A DNA stretch of 50,106 bases from a virus (IMGVR_UViG_3300043707_000032:1-50106), one strand, 5' to 3'; positions 8,268-16,021 are shown, counted from the first letter of the stretch. Numbers and translations: made by a program. Notes: generated from the letters alone by a model not told the origin.

Positions 8268-8778
8268 TGCGTTCTCCTTTCTCATGTCCCAACAGCAGCG
8301 ATCCTACCTTCTCGAACACATATCGACGAGACATGCCAGCGGCATCGGCGGCTGAGGAAATCATCTGGGTAATCTGACCAGCCAGGAAGTAGCACACCGC
8401 ATCCATCTCACTGAGCGATGCCGTAAGCTGCTGGGTAAGGGCTGAGCCGTTAGGCTTCTTGTACCGCTGGTCATGCTTGCTGGGCTTGTCGGGATGCTGC
8501 ATCCTCATGTGAGCACCGAGCAATTGCGACTTGACAAACGTGGCCCCGCAGAACTGGCAGGGATGGTTGCCAGTGGCATAGTTCCCACGAGGATCAGGCT
8601 TCGGCTTGAATTGGTGGGGCTTGTGCGGCTTGATCTTGAAATTGGGATCATGCTTGGCAGCGTAGTGCCGACCGATGGCTGAAGCCCGGATGTGGTCGAA
8701 GTCACAGTCAGGGTCAGGACAGTGAAACAGTCCGTCAGGGCCACGCTGATACTTGTTCTTAGCTGGATTGTGGGTCAT
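8227..8778 (-). CDS. Protein with two classical C2H2 zinc fingers
   Basis: FHCPDPDCDFDHIRASAIGRHYAAKH and HPCQFCGATFVKSQLLGAHMRMQH; start MTHNP at 8778 after AGGAG. Confidence 0.75.
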   Translation of the reverse strand: MTHNPAKNKYQRGPDGLFHCPDPDCDFDHIRASAIGRHYAAKHDPNFKIKPHKPHQFKPKPDPRGNYATGNHPCQFCGATFVKSQLLGAHMRMQHPDKPSKHDQRYKKPNGSALTQQLTASLSEMDAVCYFLAGQITQMISSAADAAGMSRRYVFEKVGSLLLGHEKGERNEANQAGNPLLTR

Positions 8779-9226
8779 GCTTGGTCTCCTTGGCTTGGTC
8801 TTGTTGACGTCGTAAGATTCGAAGCTCGTCTCGGGAGAGGTTGGAGTCTCGGATCTTGGTGATGCGAATTCGGTAGCGGGCATCGCAGACGGGACAGGTA
8901 GCTGTTCCGACTCTGACGTTGGCTGCGATCGAGGCCGATTCACGCTGGTTGATAACGCTAAAGCTGAGTTGTTGTCCACAGATTGAGCAATCTGCATTGG
9001 TCACTTCCTTCTCCTTTGGCCGAGATGTTGACTGTTGCGTGGTCTCGCTGTACGATGGCGGCACAGAAATTCCACAAACGCTGGCGGCCTGTTGTGAGCG
9101 GGCCGCCTTTTTCATGTTGATGGATCGGGCGCAGTCAACACAGTAGTAAGTCTCTGGCACCTCTACGGGCTTGTGGCATACTAGGCATCGATTCCAGCAT
9201 CCCTCACAACGGCGGTCATCGGTCAT
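8759..9226 (-). CDS. Cys-rich zinc-ribbon protein (possible internal GTG start near 9004)
   Basis: Multiple CxxC motifs in two blocks. Confidence 0.55.
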   Translation of the reverse strand: MTDDRRCEGCWNRCLVCHKPVEVPETYYCVDCARSINMKKAARSQQAASVCGISVPPSYSETTQQSTSRPKEKEVTNADCSICGQQLSFSVINQRESASIAANVRVGTATCPVCDARYRIRITKIRDSNLSRDELRILRRQQDQAKETKHDPQSS

Positions 9227-9831
9227 GGTGTGTACCCCACTGGCGGCAGGTTATAGCCCCTAGCATTAAGCCGCTTGAGGCTAACGCAATGGGTATGGAC
9301 TAGGTTGGAGTCAGCGGTATCGGTACGTTCCCCCACCTCAAGCTCATTCCCACAAGAGCAGCACTCCCACCCATCCTTGATCGCCCTGCTGCCGTTATCC
9401 AGTACTACTCCACAGTCGGGGTAGTGCCGAGTTTCGAGGGTATCCTCATAGCCGTGCATCTTATCCGCGCTGAGGCTGTCATGGTGAGTGATCCACTCTC
9501 CCGCCTTCAGGGTCTGTTCACAAGTCAAGCACATATACCCAGCCCGGATGGACTTATCATCCTTGGTGAGTCGGTAGGGGTTACTCCGCCCAGTGATGGG
9601 CGGAGTAACTTTGGGTGCCACTGCCGGAGGGGCTGGCAGTGGCGGGTTAGGGTTTCGGGTATAGAACCCATTCCTGACGGCGACCAGTATCTTGTCAACA
9701 TGGCCTATCATGTCTGCTATCTCAGGCAGGAATGGTTCATCCTGTACAGACGGAATCTTCAGGATGTACTCCAGATAGGCCTTGGTACTGGTCAAGTACG
9801 TGGTGATTAGGTCTTGTTCACTTCTGTTCAT
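9223..9831 (-). CDS. Hypothetical protein with two repeated CxxC...H motifs
   Basis: SIRAGYMCLTCEQTLKAGE / AIKDGWECCSCGNELEVGE internal repeat. Confidence 0.6.
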   Translation of the reverse strand: MNRSEQDLITTYLTSTKAYLEYILKIPSVQDEPFLPEIADMIGHVDKILVAVRNGFYTRNPNPPLPAPPAVAPKVTPPITGRSNPYRLTKDDKSIRAGYMCLTCEQTLKAGEWITHHDSLSADKMHGYEDTLETRHYPDCGVVLDNGSRAIKDGWECCSCGNELEVGERTDTADSNLVHTHCVSLKRLNARGYNLPPVGYTP

Positions 9832-10027
9832 GGCTCAGTGCCTCTTCGATGTGTCCACCAAGGTGACAGTCCCCATTCCGGTGGACAATCAGGTAGGGTG
9901 GAATTGAGTTGGCGTGCTCCTCGACCGTGCGCTCAAGAGCTTCTAGCCTCTGGAGCAGACGGCGGTAGACAAGCACGTCAATGGTTGCCATCATGAGTAG
10001 CAGGGCAGTGAAGATGGTGTCAGTCAT
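9818..10027 (-). CDS. Small membrane-anchored hypothetical protein
   Basis: N-terminal hydrophobic stretch; ATGA coupling. Confidence 0.55.
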   Translation of the reverse strand: MTDTIFTALLLMMATIDVLVYRRLLQRLEALERTVEEHANSIPPYLIVHRNGDCHLGGHIEEALSHEQK

Positions 10028-10260
10028 CGGTTCACCGCCTGCTTGGTTTCAGTGGCCTTGAGGAGGCGCCCGAGTTCATAGTCGGTGTTATGACCATCAC
10101 ACAGGCAGCACTCAGCGGCATCATTGTCATGGTCACGCCACTCCCCAAGTGCCCAGTGAATAGCCTCGGTGATGGCTTGCTTGACGGTTAGCTCAGTGGT
10201 ATCCACTTGGCTGAGGAGTCGAGCAATGACGTTGCGGATTTGGTTTTCGTCTAGTTGCAT
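10024..10260 (-). CDS. Hypothetical protein
   Basis: SD GAGGTG; coupled stop/start. Confidence 0.6.
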   Translation of the reverse strand: MQLDENQIRNVIARLLSQVDTTELTVKQAITEAIHWALGEWRDHDNDAAECCLCDGHNTDYELGRLLKATETKQAVNR

Positions 10261-10267
10261 AGGGTTG

Positions 10268-10375
10268 TCACCTCACGTTTCTTCTGATTGCTTTCCATGC
10301 TGCGATTCCAGCCCCTAGGATCATGAGCAGCAGTAGAATGGTGCCCACCATTTCTGGTGGGCCTACCACTACCAT
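10268..10375 (-). CDS. 35-aa single-TM peptide
   Basis: MVVVGPPEMVGTILLLLMILGAGIAAWKAIRRNVR; SD GAGGGG. Confidence 0.55.
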   Translation of the reverse strand: MVVVGPPEMVGTILLLLMILGAGIAAWKAIRRNVR

Positions 10376-10383
10376 GCTTCCCT

Positions 10384-10797
10384 CTAGTTGCTAGCACCTC
10401 TCGACTTGTTGAACATCTTTTCGGCCAGCGCCATAGCCTCTTCCAACTCCTTCGAGGTAGCGTGGTCAGGGTCAGCCAGCCGATCTCTCATGCGCCAGCC
10501 CAGCAGCAGCCCAGCCGCTAGGGAGTAGCGAGCGATCTCCACCAGCAAGCCCATAGCTACATTCTCACCTTCCTCAGTGCCGTGGAGCTTGCCAATGTCC
10601 TTGAGCTTGGCCGATGACTTCATCATCTCGCCCTTGATGACGATGGCAGCCATGGCCGCATACTCATCTCTGTGCTCACCTTCGCTGATGTAGTCAACGA
10701 CATCCCCAGCTTCCTTGCCGTCCGGGGAGTCCTTGGTTGTGGTGTTCTTCACCAGTTCTTGGGGTGAAGGGTATGTATGTTCCTTGTCAAACCTCAT
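10384..10797 (-). CDS. Hypothetical protein
   Basis: 137-aa ORF with SD AAGGA. Confidence 0.65.
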   Translation of the reverse strand: MRFDKEHTYPSPQELVKNTTTKDSPDGKEAGDVVDYISEGEHRDEYAAMAAIVIKGEMMKSSAKLKDIGKLHGTEEGENVAMGLLVEIARYSLAAGLLLGWRMRDRLADPDHATSKELEEAMALAEKMFNKSRGASN

Positions 10798-10817
10798 ACG
10801 TCTAGTCCTTCCTAGGC

Positions 10818-10967
10818 CTACTTGGCAGGGTTATGCCTGTGGCCTGTCTTGTTCTTGAACAGGTGTAGTGGCTTTGGGCGATGCTTGCAGTACAGGCAAT
10901 CTCCTGACAAGCAACGCTTGCCACCATGTCGTTTGGCTCTACGTCTGTGTGCGTTACCGCCAGCCAT
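10818..10967 (-). CDS. 49-aa basic Cys/His peptide
   Basis: MAGGNAHRRRAKRHGGKRCLSGDCLYCKHRPKPLHLFKNKTGHRHNPAK; SD AAAGGA. Confidence 0.55.
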   Translation of the reverse strand: MAGGNAHRRRAKRHGGKRCLSGDCLYCKHRPKPLHLFKNKTGHRHNPAK

Positions 10968-10988
10968 CACAGTTGTCCTTTCAGCCTC

Positions 10989-11125
10989 ACGCCTCTCACA
11001 GCTAGCCTTGCCCTACCTAGCTGTGAGGGCGAGCCACTCAACTCCCCGGAGGCGATTAAGGGATGCCGCTCAACCCCGGAAAAGAGAGTGAAAACCGGGG
11101 TAGGGCTAACGGCGTGTTGAGTGGA
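10989..11125 (-). ncRNA. Structured intergenic RNA element
   Basis: Perfect stems 10995-11005/11017-11027 (11 bp), 11034-11042/11116-11124 (9 bp), 11073-11079/11095-11101 (7 bp). Confidence 0.45.
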
Positions 11126-11134
11126 AAGCATGGG

Positions 11135-12664
11135 TTAGTTGTCCAAGTCGTTGTCGTCGTCACCGTCCCACGGCATGGGGTTGTAGTCAGGCAGCGCAGC
11201 CACGGCACCCTTGACCAGCTCAGGTTCCCGCTTGGCGATGCCCCGTCCCGCTGCTTCGAAGGCGTTGACGATGTGATGGCCAAGGATCTCAGCCGCAACG
11301 ACCATGGGTGGGACTTCCCGAACCTTGGTGCCATTGAGCATATCGATATGCGTCTGCATCCCCTCAGCAGCAGCCAGCAAGTCATCGCCATCGATGGTGA
11401 TGAGAGTGTCGACGGGGTCATCGGGAGAGAGCTGGCTCATGGCATACATGGTGGCCTTCTTCACGCACTCTTCGATGGTTGAGGGGATTTGGCCAGCCAG
11501 CTTGTGGCCGACAGGCTTGAGATTAGCGTTAGGAGCCAGCCGTTCACGGGCGTAGACCTTGATGAGACGCTCGACCGACTGCGCGTCAGGCGGCAGAATC
11601 TCAATCACCGAGTCGAGGCGACCGGGACGGATCATGGCCTTCTGAATAGCGTCAGCGTCATTCGAGGTCATCACGACCATGACGTCCGACTTCTTCGACT
11701 CAATACCATCGATGGTATTCAAGAGGTCGTCGGTGGTGACAGTACGCTCACCACGAATCACCCGGTCAATGTCCTCGCAGAACACCACCGCTGGTGCGTA
11801 TTGCCGGGCAAAGTCAACCGCCAAGGCTAGTTCGTCGGCACGGGGGCACAGGATGAACGTAATCCCATTCCTCACCGCAATGAGCGCGGTGACGAGCGAG
11901 ATCATGGTCTTGCCAGTGCCGTAGAATCCAGCAAGCAGGACGCCACGCTTGAACGCCATCCTGAAGTGGCGCAGACGAGCGAGGTGCTTGAGTGGGGTGA
12001 ACAGATTCGTCACCACTTGACGCTCGACCCCATAGTTCAGTACGAGGTTAGTCTCAGCGTCCGGGTTCAACGCAATGAACTGAGGCTCAGGCAGGCCGAG
12101 CGGGCCACCAGCATCATCAAGGAACCGCACCTTGAAGGCTTGTCCCTTGTAGATGGAGTGGAGGGTGAGCTGACGGCGAATCTCAGCCGTGATGCGCTTG
12201 AACTCTCCCTCGTACTTGCGCAGCAGTGATGCCGACAGTTGGAATACATACCTGCCGTTCTTCATGCCAACCGAGGTTTCGAGGTATCCCTCGCTGTGGG
12301 GGATAACGGGTACGGTGAAGCGTCCCCACGGCACTTGGGTCGTGCGGTCGACGCCAATGTCGATGGTACGCATCTGCGGGGGCTTAGGACCAAAGAAGCC
12401 GGGCGTCTGCTCCAGTGAGAACCAGCCATACAGCTCATTGAGGGCAGCGACCATGGCGTTAGCGCCATCCCACGGGAAGGCGTCAAACGTCTCGACGGGC
12501 TGTACCGTCTCTTCTTCGTACTTCTTCATCCGCATGAGGTGAAGGATCGCCTCATCGAATGTCATATCTGTGGGGAGTACAATCTTCTCCCCCATCTTAA
12601 CCACTTCAGCAATTTTGACAGTGGCCTTCTGTGCAGCGTTCTTCTGGGCAAGGGTTTCAGCCAT
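11135..12664 (-). CDS. Classical AAA+ ATPase (FtsH/CDC48-type module) with novel N-terminal region
   Basis: KRGVLLAGFYGTGKT, VVFCEDID, MTSN, second region of homology AMIRPGRLD. Confidence 0.9.
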   Translation of the reverse strand: MAETLAQKNAAQKATVKIAEVVKMGEKIVLPTDMTFDEAILHLMRMKKYEEETVQPVETFDAFPWDGANAMVAALNELYGWFSLEQTPGFFGPKPPQMRTIDIGVDRTTQVPWGRFTVPVIPHSEGYLETSVGMKNGRYVFQLSASLLRKYEGEFKRITAEIRRQLTLHSIYKGQAFKVRFLDDAGGPLGLPEPQFIALNPDAETNLVLNYGVERQVVTNLFTPLKHLARLRHFRMAFKRGVLLAGFYGTGKTMISLVTALIAVRNGITFILCPRADELALAVDFARQYAPAVVFCEDIDRVIRGERTVTTDDLLNTIDGIESKKSDVMVVMTSNDADAIQKAMIRPGRLDSVIEILPPDAQSVERLIKVYARERLAPNANLKPVGHKLAGQIPSTIEECVKKATMYAMSQLSPDDPVDTLITIDGDDLLAAAEGMQTHIDMLNGTKVREVPPMVVAAEILGHHIVNAFEAAGRGIAKREPELVKGAVAALPDYNPMPWDGDDDNDLDN

Positions 12665-12677
12665 GACTATACGTCTC

Positions 12678-13037
12678 CTATGTAGCTAAGGGTTGATGGT
12701 TAGGGGTTGGCGAAGGGTATGGCGAGAGAGTTCTCATAACCGCTGACACTCGACCAGAGCGGACATTGACAACAGCAACATAGGTACTGTCTCCCCACTG
12801 TCTAGAACCGTGGTTCATCGACTGACCAGAGCTGTGTACGTGGTACGCCACATAGGTAACTTGGTACTGGGTTGATAGTCCTCGCCATCCACCCTTCACA
12901 GTTCCACTCACGGTGAGTGGGTCAGGCCACTCCGCGCGCCCTGTAGTTGTCGGCAGCAGGGCTGGCCGGAGAATCGCCAAGATTACCAGCCTCGGCAGAG
13001 TGGCCAGAGCCACCCACAGGCGGTGGCTCAGGTTCAT
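12678..13037 (-). CDS. Hypothetical protein with N-terminal hydrophobic segment
   Basis: ORF with ATGA coupling. Confidence 0.5.
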   Translation of the reverse strand: MNLSHRLWVALATLPRLVILAILRPALLPTTTGRAEWPDPLTVSGTVKGGWRGLSTQYQVTYVAYHVHSSGQSMNHGSRQWGDSTYVAVVNVRSGRVSAVMRTLSPYPSPTPNHQPLAT

Positions 13038-13279
13038 TGCTCATTCTCCTTCCTCGGCTGGATAGCCGCTTCGATGGTGACTGTCACACGCTGGTCAAGT
13101 ATGAATCCAGCAGTGTTACGGAAGGACAATTTGCTGTTGTAGGCGACGGCGGGGTTGTCCACTAGGACAGTGACTCGCTGTATGTGGTCGTCATAGCTAA
13201 CTGCCGAGCCTACTTCAACGACTTGTCCGTTGAGCGTCACAGACTTAAAGTCAGGATGGTAGCCAACAGGCTTCTCCAT
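13034..13279 (-). CDS. Hypothetical protein
   Basis: SD AAGGAG; 81 aa. Confidence 0.65.
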   Translation of the reverse strand: MEKPVGYHPDFKSVTLNGQVVEVGSAVSYDDHIQRVTVLVDNPAVAYNSKLSFRNTAGFILDQRVTVTIEAAIQPRKENEQ

Positions 13280-13281
13280 GA

Positions 13282-13782
13282 TTAGTTCTCCTTGGATGGG
13301 TCGGGGTTGATGTTTCGCATGAACTTCTCGAAGTCATCCTTGCGGGTGGGCAAATCAGTCTCGGTGACAAGTGCGTGGTAGATGCCACAAAACTCGTAGG
13401 CTGTCTCCACAAAGGTGATGGCATTGGTGGAGATGGCCTTCTGGACAGCGCGCAAGTCCTTCAAGTCCTGCTCCATGTCGGGGGCATCGAGTGCTGGGCC
13501 ACTGTTCATGACGATGTAGACCAGCAAGCTCAGCCGATCCGCAAGGTCATGTACCATGTCGTGGATCTCCTCGATCTCCCGCTTCATCACCACGTTGGGT
13601 GGTATGGAGTGACCCTCGGACAGGGCAAAGGCCTTGGCGGCAAGGGCGGCCTCGAACTGCTCGGGGTTGACTTGCTCGGCTGCTTCACGGATCAGGCCAG
13701 GATAGCGAGAGTTCCTAGGCCTTGATTGCTGGAGCTGTCGGAGCAGCTCTTCGATCCTGCGTTTCATTTCGTCATCGGTCAT
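13282..13782 (-). CDS. Hypothetical helical protein
   Basis: Start MTDDEMK at 13782 after AGGAGAATCGCT. Confidence 0.65.
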   Translation of the reverse strand: MTDDEMKRRIEELLRQLQQSRPRNSRYPGLIREAAEQVNPEQFEAALAAKAFALSEGHSIPPNVVMKREIEEIHDMVHDLADRLSLLVYIVMNSGPALDAPDMEQDLKDLRAVQKAISTNAITFVETAYEFCGIYHALVTETDLPTRKDDFEKFMRNINPDPSKEN

Positions 13783-13792
13783 AGCGATTCTC

Positions 13793-14242
13793 CTAAGCAC
13801 CAATTTCAGGTACTGACTGTAGCGTTAGCACGGTAACGCCCTTAGCTAGCTTCGGGCGGCGGCGGGGTTTGGGTTTCGCTTGGCTGTGCTTCAATTCGTG
13901 CAAGTACAGCGTCAGGCGAAGGATGCGTGCCATGTTGAGCACATCAATGTGAAAGTTGGCTGTAGTCAACCCAGCAGCAATGGCTGTAGCGTTAGCACGG
14001 TTAATGGCGGCGAGTCGGCTGGCTGGCCGGATGCGGGCCGGAAAAGCGGCGGCGGCACTCTGTAGGCCGACGGCACCAAACACGATCAAGGGCATGGCGA
14101 TTCTCCTCAGACGGCGTAGTAGGCTCCCAAGACCACCCCGTAGGGTGGTCTTGGTGTGGTTGCTGGCGATAATGGCTAGCGCCAGCAGTATGGTGAGCGT
14201 CCATGCCACGATCAGGTACGACAGGTACAGGGTTCGTCTCAT
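13793..14242 (-). CDS. Hypothetical protein (probable internal start at 14095)
   Basis: N-terminal TM segment; in-frame ATG 14095 preceded by AGGAGAATCGCC. Confidence 0.45.
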   Translation of the reverse strand: MRRTLYLSYLIVAWTLTILLALAIIASNHTKTTLRGGLGSLLRRLRRIAMPLIVFGAVGLQSAAAAFPARIRPASRLAAINRANATAIAAGLTTANFHIDVLNMARILRLTLYLHELKHSQAKPKPRRRPKLAKGVTVLTLQSVPEIGA

Positions 14243-14487
14243 GCGGCACCTACCCCGTTCATGGCGTTCAAGGCCGACTGCGCCGACTCGCTAGGTAGCA
14301 TGTCTTGCGAGTAGTCGTAGCGGAAGTCGTAGTTGTCGAGTACCGTCCAAGGTGCTGCGAGGGTAATCTTCCCCCCAGACAGGTACTCAATCCAGCGATC
14401 TACGGCGAGGAGCCAGTTCCAGTAGGTGGCTCCAGTGGACAGGCGCATCATTGCGCCTGTCCTGACGGCTTGGGGGAGTCTAGTCAT
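14239..14487 (-). CDS. Hypothetical protein
   Basis: 82-aa ORF with coupled overlaps. Confidence 0.6.
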   Translation of the reverse strand: MTRLPQAVRTGAMMRLSTGATYWNWLLAVDRWIEYLSGGKITLAAPWTVLDNYDFRYDYSQDMLPSESAQSALNAMNGVGAA

Positions 14488-14713
14488 CGAATCCCAACCC
14501 CCTAGGCGTCTCCGCCTGCGGTGGAGTCGGGCGGTCTAGCTTGACCGCTCCGCCCGACTGTCCGGCGAGTTTAGCTAGCATGGCGTCCCAAGAGTCTTGG
14601 GACACTCGCCGGAACTGCTTTGCCGTGCTTACGGCACGGCTGCGATTGTTGGCCGTCCGATGGACGGGCACTAGCTGCCCGTCCACGAACGTGTACTGTT
14701 GTTGGCGTCTCAC
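14480..14713 (-). CDS. Hypothetical protein
   Basis: 77-aa ORF in the early operon. Confidence 0.55.
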   Translation of the reverse strand: MRRQQQYTFVDGQLVPVHRTANNRSRAVSTAKQFRRVSQDSWDAMLAKLAGQSGGAVKLDRPTPPQAETPRGLGFDD

Positions 14714-14716
14714 GGC

Positions 14717-14908
14717 TTACTTCCTGACGTAGGCGTTCAAGCCGACGATGACGGGCTTGCCGTCAATGGTGATGGCCGTTGCTTGGTTGCCATGGGTGGA
14801 GGCGACGACCAGTGTCTTGCCACTGGCCGACTCTGTGGGATGGGCATTGACATCGACGGTGATCGTCAATGTGCGCCCGTCCTTGCTGATGGTTGCTGTC
14901 ATTGCCAC
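14717..14908 (-). CDS. Conserved small beta-rich hypothetical protein (SxSGKTxVVASTxGN family)
   Basis: Motif SASGKTLVVASTHGN; SD AGGAG. Confidence 0.7.
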   Translation of the reverse strand: MAMTATISKDGRTLTITVDVNAHPTESASGKTLVVASTHGNQATAITIDGKPVIVGLNAYVRK

Positions 14909-14953
14909 GGCGATTCTCCTTGGGGTGGGAGCTACCCACCCCTGTCGATTGGG

Positions 14954-15127
14954 TTAGCGGTTCACCGCCAGCGCCGAGACGATCTCGGCGTGGTGGACTA
15001 GGGCATTGGCTACAAACTGTGCCGTATCAAGCACATAGCACTCGCACATGAGCACCGATACGTTGGGGTCGGCGGTATTCCACAGCAGGTAGCTGCCCGT
15101 CGGCGTTGATGTGATCGTGACTTCCAC
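14954..15127 (-). CDS. 57-aa first early gene (not in ORF track)
   Basis: GTG start after GGGAGAATCGCC: MEVTITSTPTGSYLLWNTADPNVSVLMCECYVLDTAQFVANALVHHAEIVSALAVNR. Confidence 0.6.
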   Translation of the reverse strand: MEVTITSTPTGSYLLWNTADPNVSVLMCECYVLDTAQFVANALVHHAEIVSALAVNR

Positions 15128-15180
15128 GGCGATTCTCCCGTCCGCCGTCCATCACTGCGGCGGCGAACGCAAGTGCAAAG

Positions 15181-15196
15181 TGCAAAACGCTTGCCA
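15181..15196 (-). promoter_or_regulatory. Sigma54 (-24/-12) promoter for the leftward early operon
   Basis: TGGCAAGCGTTTTGCA versus consensus TGGCAC-N5-TTGCW with exact GG/GC spacing, about 55 nt upstream of the first early gene. Confidence 0.6.
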
Positions 15197-15215
15197 AACT
15201 CGCAAGTGCCTTTGT

Positions 15216-15228
15216 TTTCAACGACTTA
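15216..15228. promoter_or_regulatory. IHF-like binding site
   Basis: TTTCAACGACTTA versus WATCAANNNNTTR, at about -46 to -58 of the sigma54 promoter. Confidence 0.45.
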
Positions 15229-15246
15229 GCTTAGTAGTTTCACAAC

Positions 15247-15255
15247 TTTTCCACA
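15247..15255 (+). promoter_or_regulatory. DnaA-box-like 9-mer
   Basis: TTTTCCACA fits TTWTNCACA; single copy plus a degenerate one at 15236-15244. Confidence 0.3.
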
Positions 15256-15355
15256 GGGCAAAATTTGCACTCGTGTAAAATTTTCGTGAACTTTTTGCAT
15301 ACCCCCACGAAAGTGCCATCCGCCATGGTCTTGAATCGCAAGGGTTTAGCTCGAG

Positions 15356-15371
15356 TGGCACGATGCGTGCC
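15356..15371 (+). promoter_or_regulatory. Possible second (rightward) sigma54 promoter
   Basis: TGGCACGATGCGTGCC; -24 element perfect, -12 element GTGC. Confidence 0.35.
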
Positions 15372-15391
15372 GTGGACGGCGTGCCGTGCGA

Positions 15392-15419
15392 GCGAGCTTC
15401 GGGGTGCGAGCTTCGGGGT
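15392..15419 (+). repeat. 14-bp tandem direct repeat GCGAGCTTCGGGGT x2
   Basis: Read directly from the sequence. Confidence 0.85.
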
Positions 15420-15509
15420 GCCAGGATCGGAGTGGCGCTACGTGGAGGGTGCCTCATTGCCCGAGCCCCCCGCCCGGGTCCTTCGGCGCTAGCGCGCGCC
15501 TTTCAAACC

Positions 15510-15538
15510 TTGACACATTTACAGGCTAGGGGTATTAT
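15510..15538 (+). promoter_or_regulatory. Sigma70-type promoter
   Basis: TTGACA-17bp-TATTAT. Confidence 0.75.
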
Positions 15539-15579
15539 TATCTATAAGCTGCTTATAGTAGAATAGGGAGGAAGGTTGG

Positions 15580-15687
15580 ATGAACGTAAGGGAGGGAAGG
15601 GCACTAGGATATCAGATAGGCTGGTACTCTATAGGAGTAATAGTACTAGCGGTAATAGTGGTATGGGTTAGTGTACTTTTCAGGTAA
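15580..15687 (+). CDS. 35-aa single-TM peptide
   Basis: MNVREGRALGYQIGWYSIGVIVLAVIVVWVSVLFR; SD GGAGG; has its own promoter. Confidence 0.6.
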   Translation: MNVREGRALGYQIGWYSIGVIVLAVIVVWVSVLFR

Positions 15688-15690
15688 GGC

Positions 15691-15719
15691 TTGACCAAAA
15701 TTGAAAAAGGGCGTAGCGT
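15691..15719 (+). promoter_or_regulatory. Sigma70-type promoter for the structured RNA
   Basis: TTGACC-17bp-TAGCGT. Confidence 0.45.
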
Positions 15720-15724
15720 TAGCC

Positions 15725-15878
15725 GCGCGGCTCGAGGTAGAGCTGCAAGACAAGTGGCAGGAGGGGTAGTAGTAGTTCTTTCCCATTCGCATCCTAGTCG
15801 ACTCTAGGAGAAACAAGCTAAATCCAATAGGCTCAACTAGATTGACCGACTACTACCCCCCATCATTGGGGGGTTTTT
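15725..15878 (+). ncRNA. Candidate sRNA / attenuator
   Basis: 5' hairpin GCGGCTC/GAGCTGC; 11-bp helix 15763-15773/15849-15859; inner hairpin TCCTAG/CTAGGA; ends in an intrinsic terminator. Confidence 0.5.
15856..15878 (+). terminator. Rho-independent terminator
   Basis: CCCCCCA-TCAT-TGGGGGG-TTTTT. Confidence 0.7.
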
Positions 15879-16021
15879 CTCCCCACCACCTTTTGGCATC
15901 TTGACATGGGCAGCGGGCCGATGTTATTGCATTACGGCATCGCCCTCTCTGAGGGCGGGCCGATAGGTATTACAGTAACTCTACATACTTGAGTGTATCT
16001 TACTCAACTTTATATTTTCAC

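Noticed and set aside
12968-12978. Fifth copy of GGAGAATCGCC on the plus strand
   Set aside because: Opposite orientation inside a CDS and not followed by a start codon; probably chance
15027-15566. Track ORFs 15027-15221, 15218-15457, 15265-15492 and 15363-15566
   Set aside because: They cross the promoter region without an SD; the SD-supported ORF is 14954-15127
15901-15930. Additional TTGACA hexamers (15901, 16383)
   Set aside because: No convincing -10 element at 16-18 bp spacing
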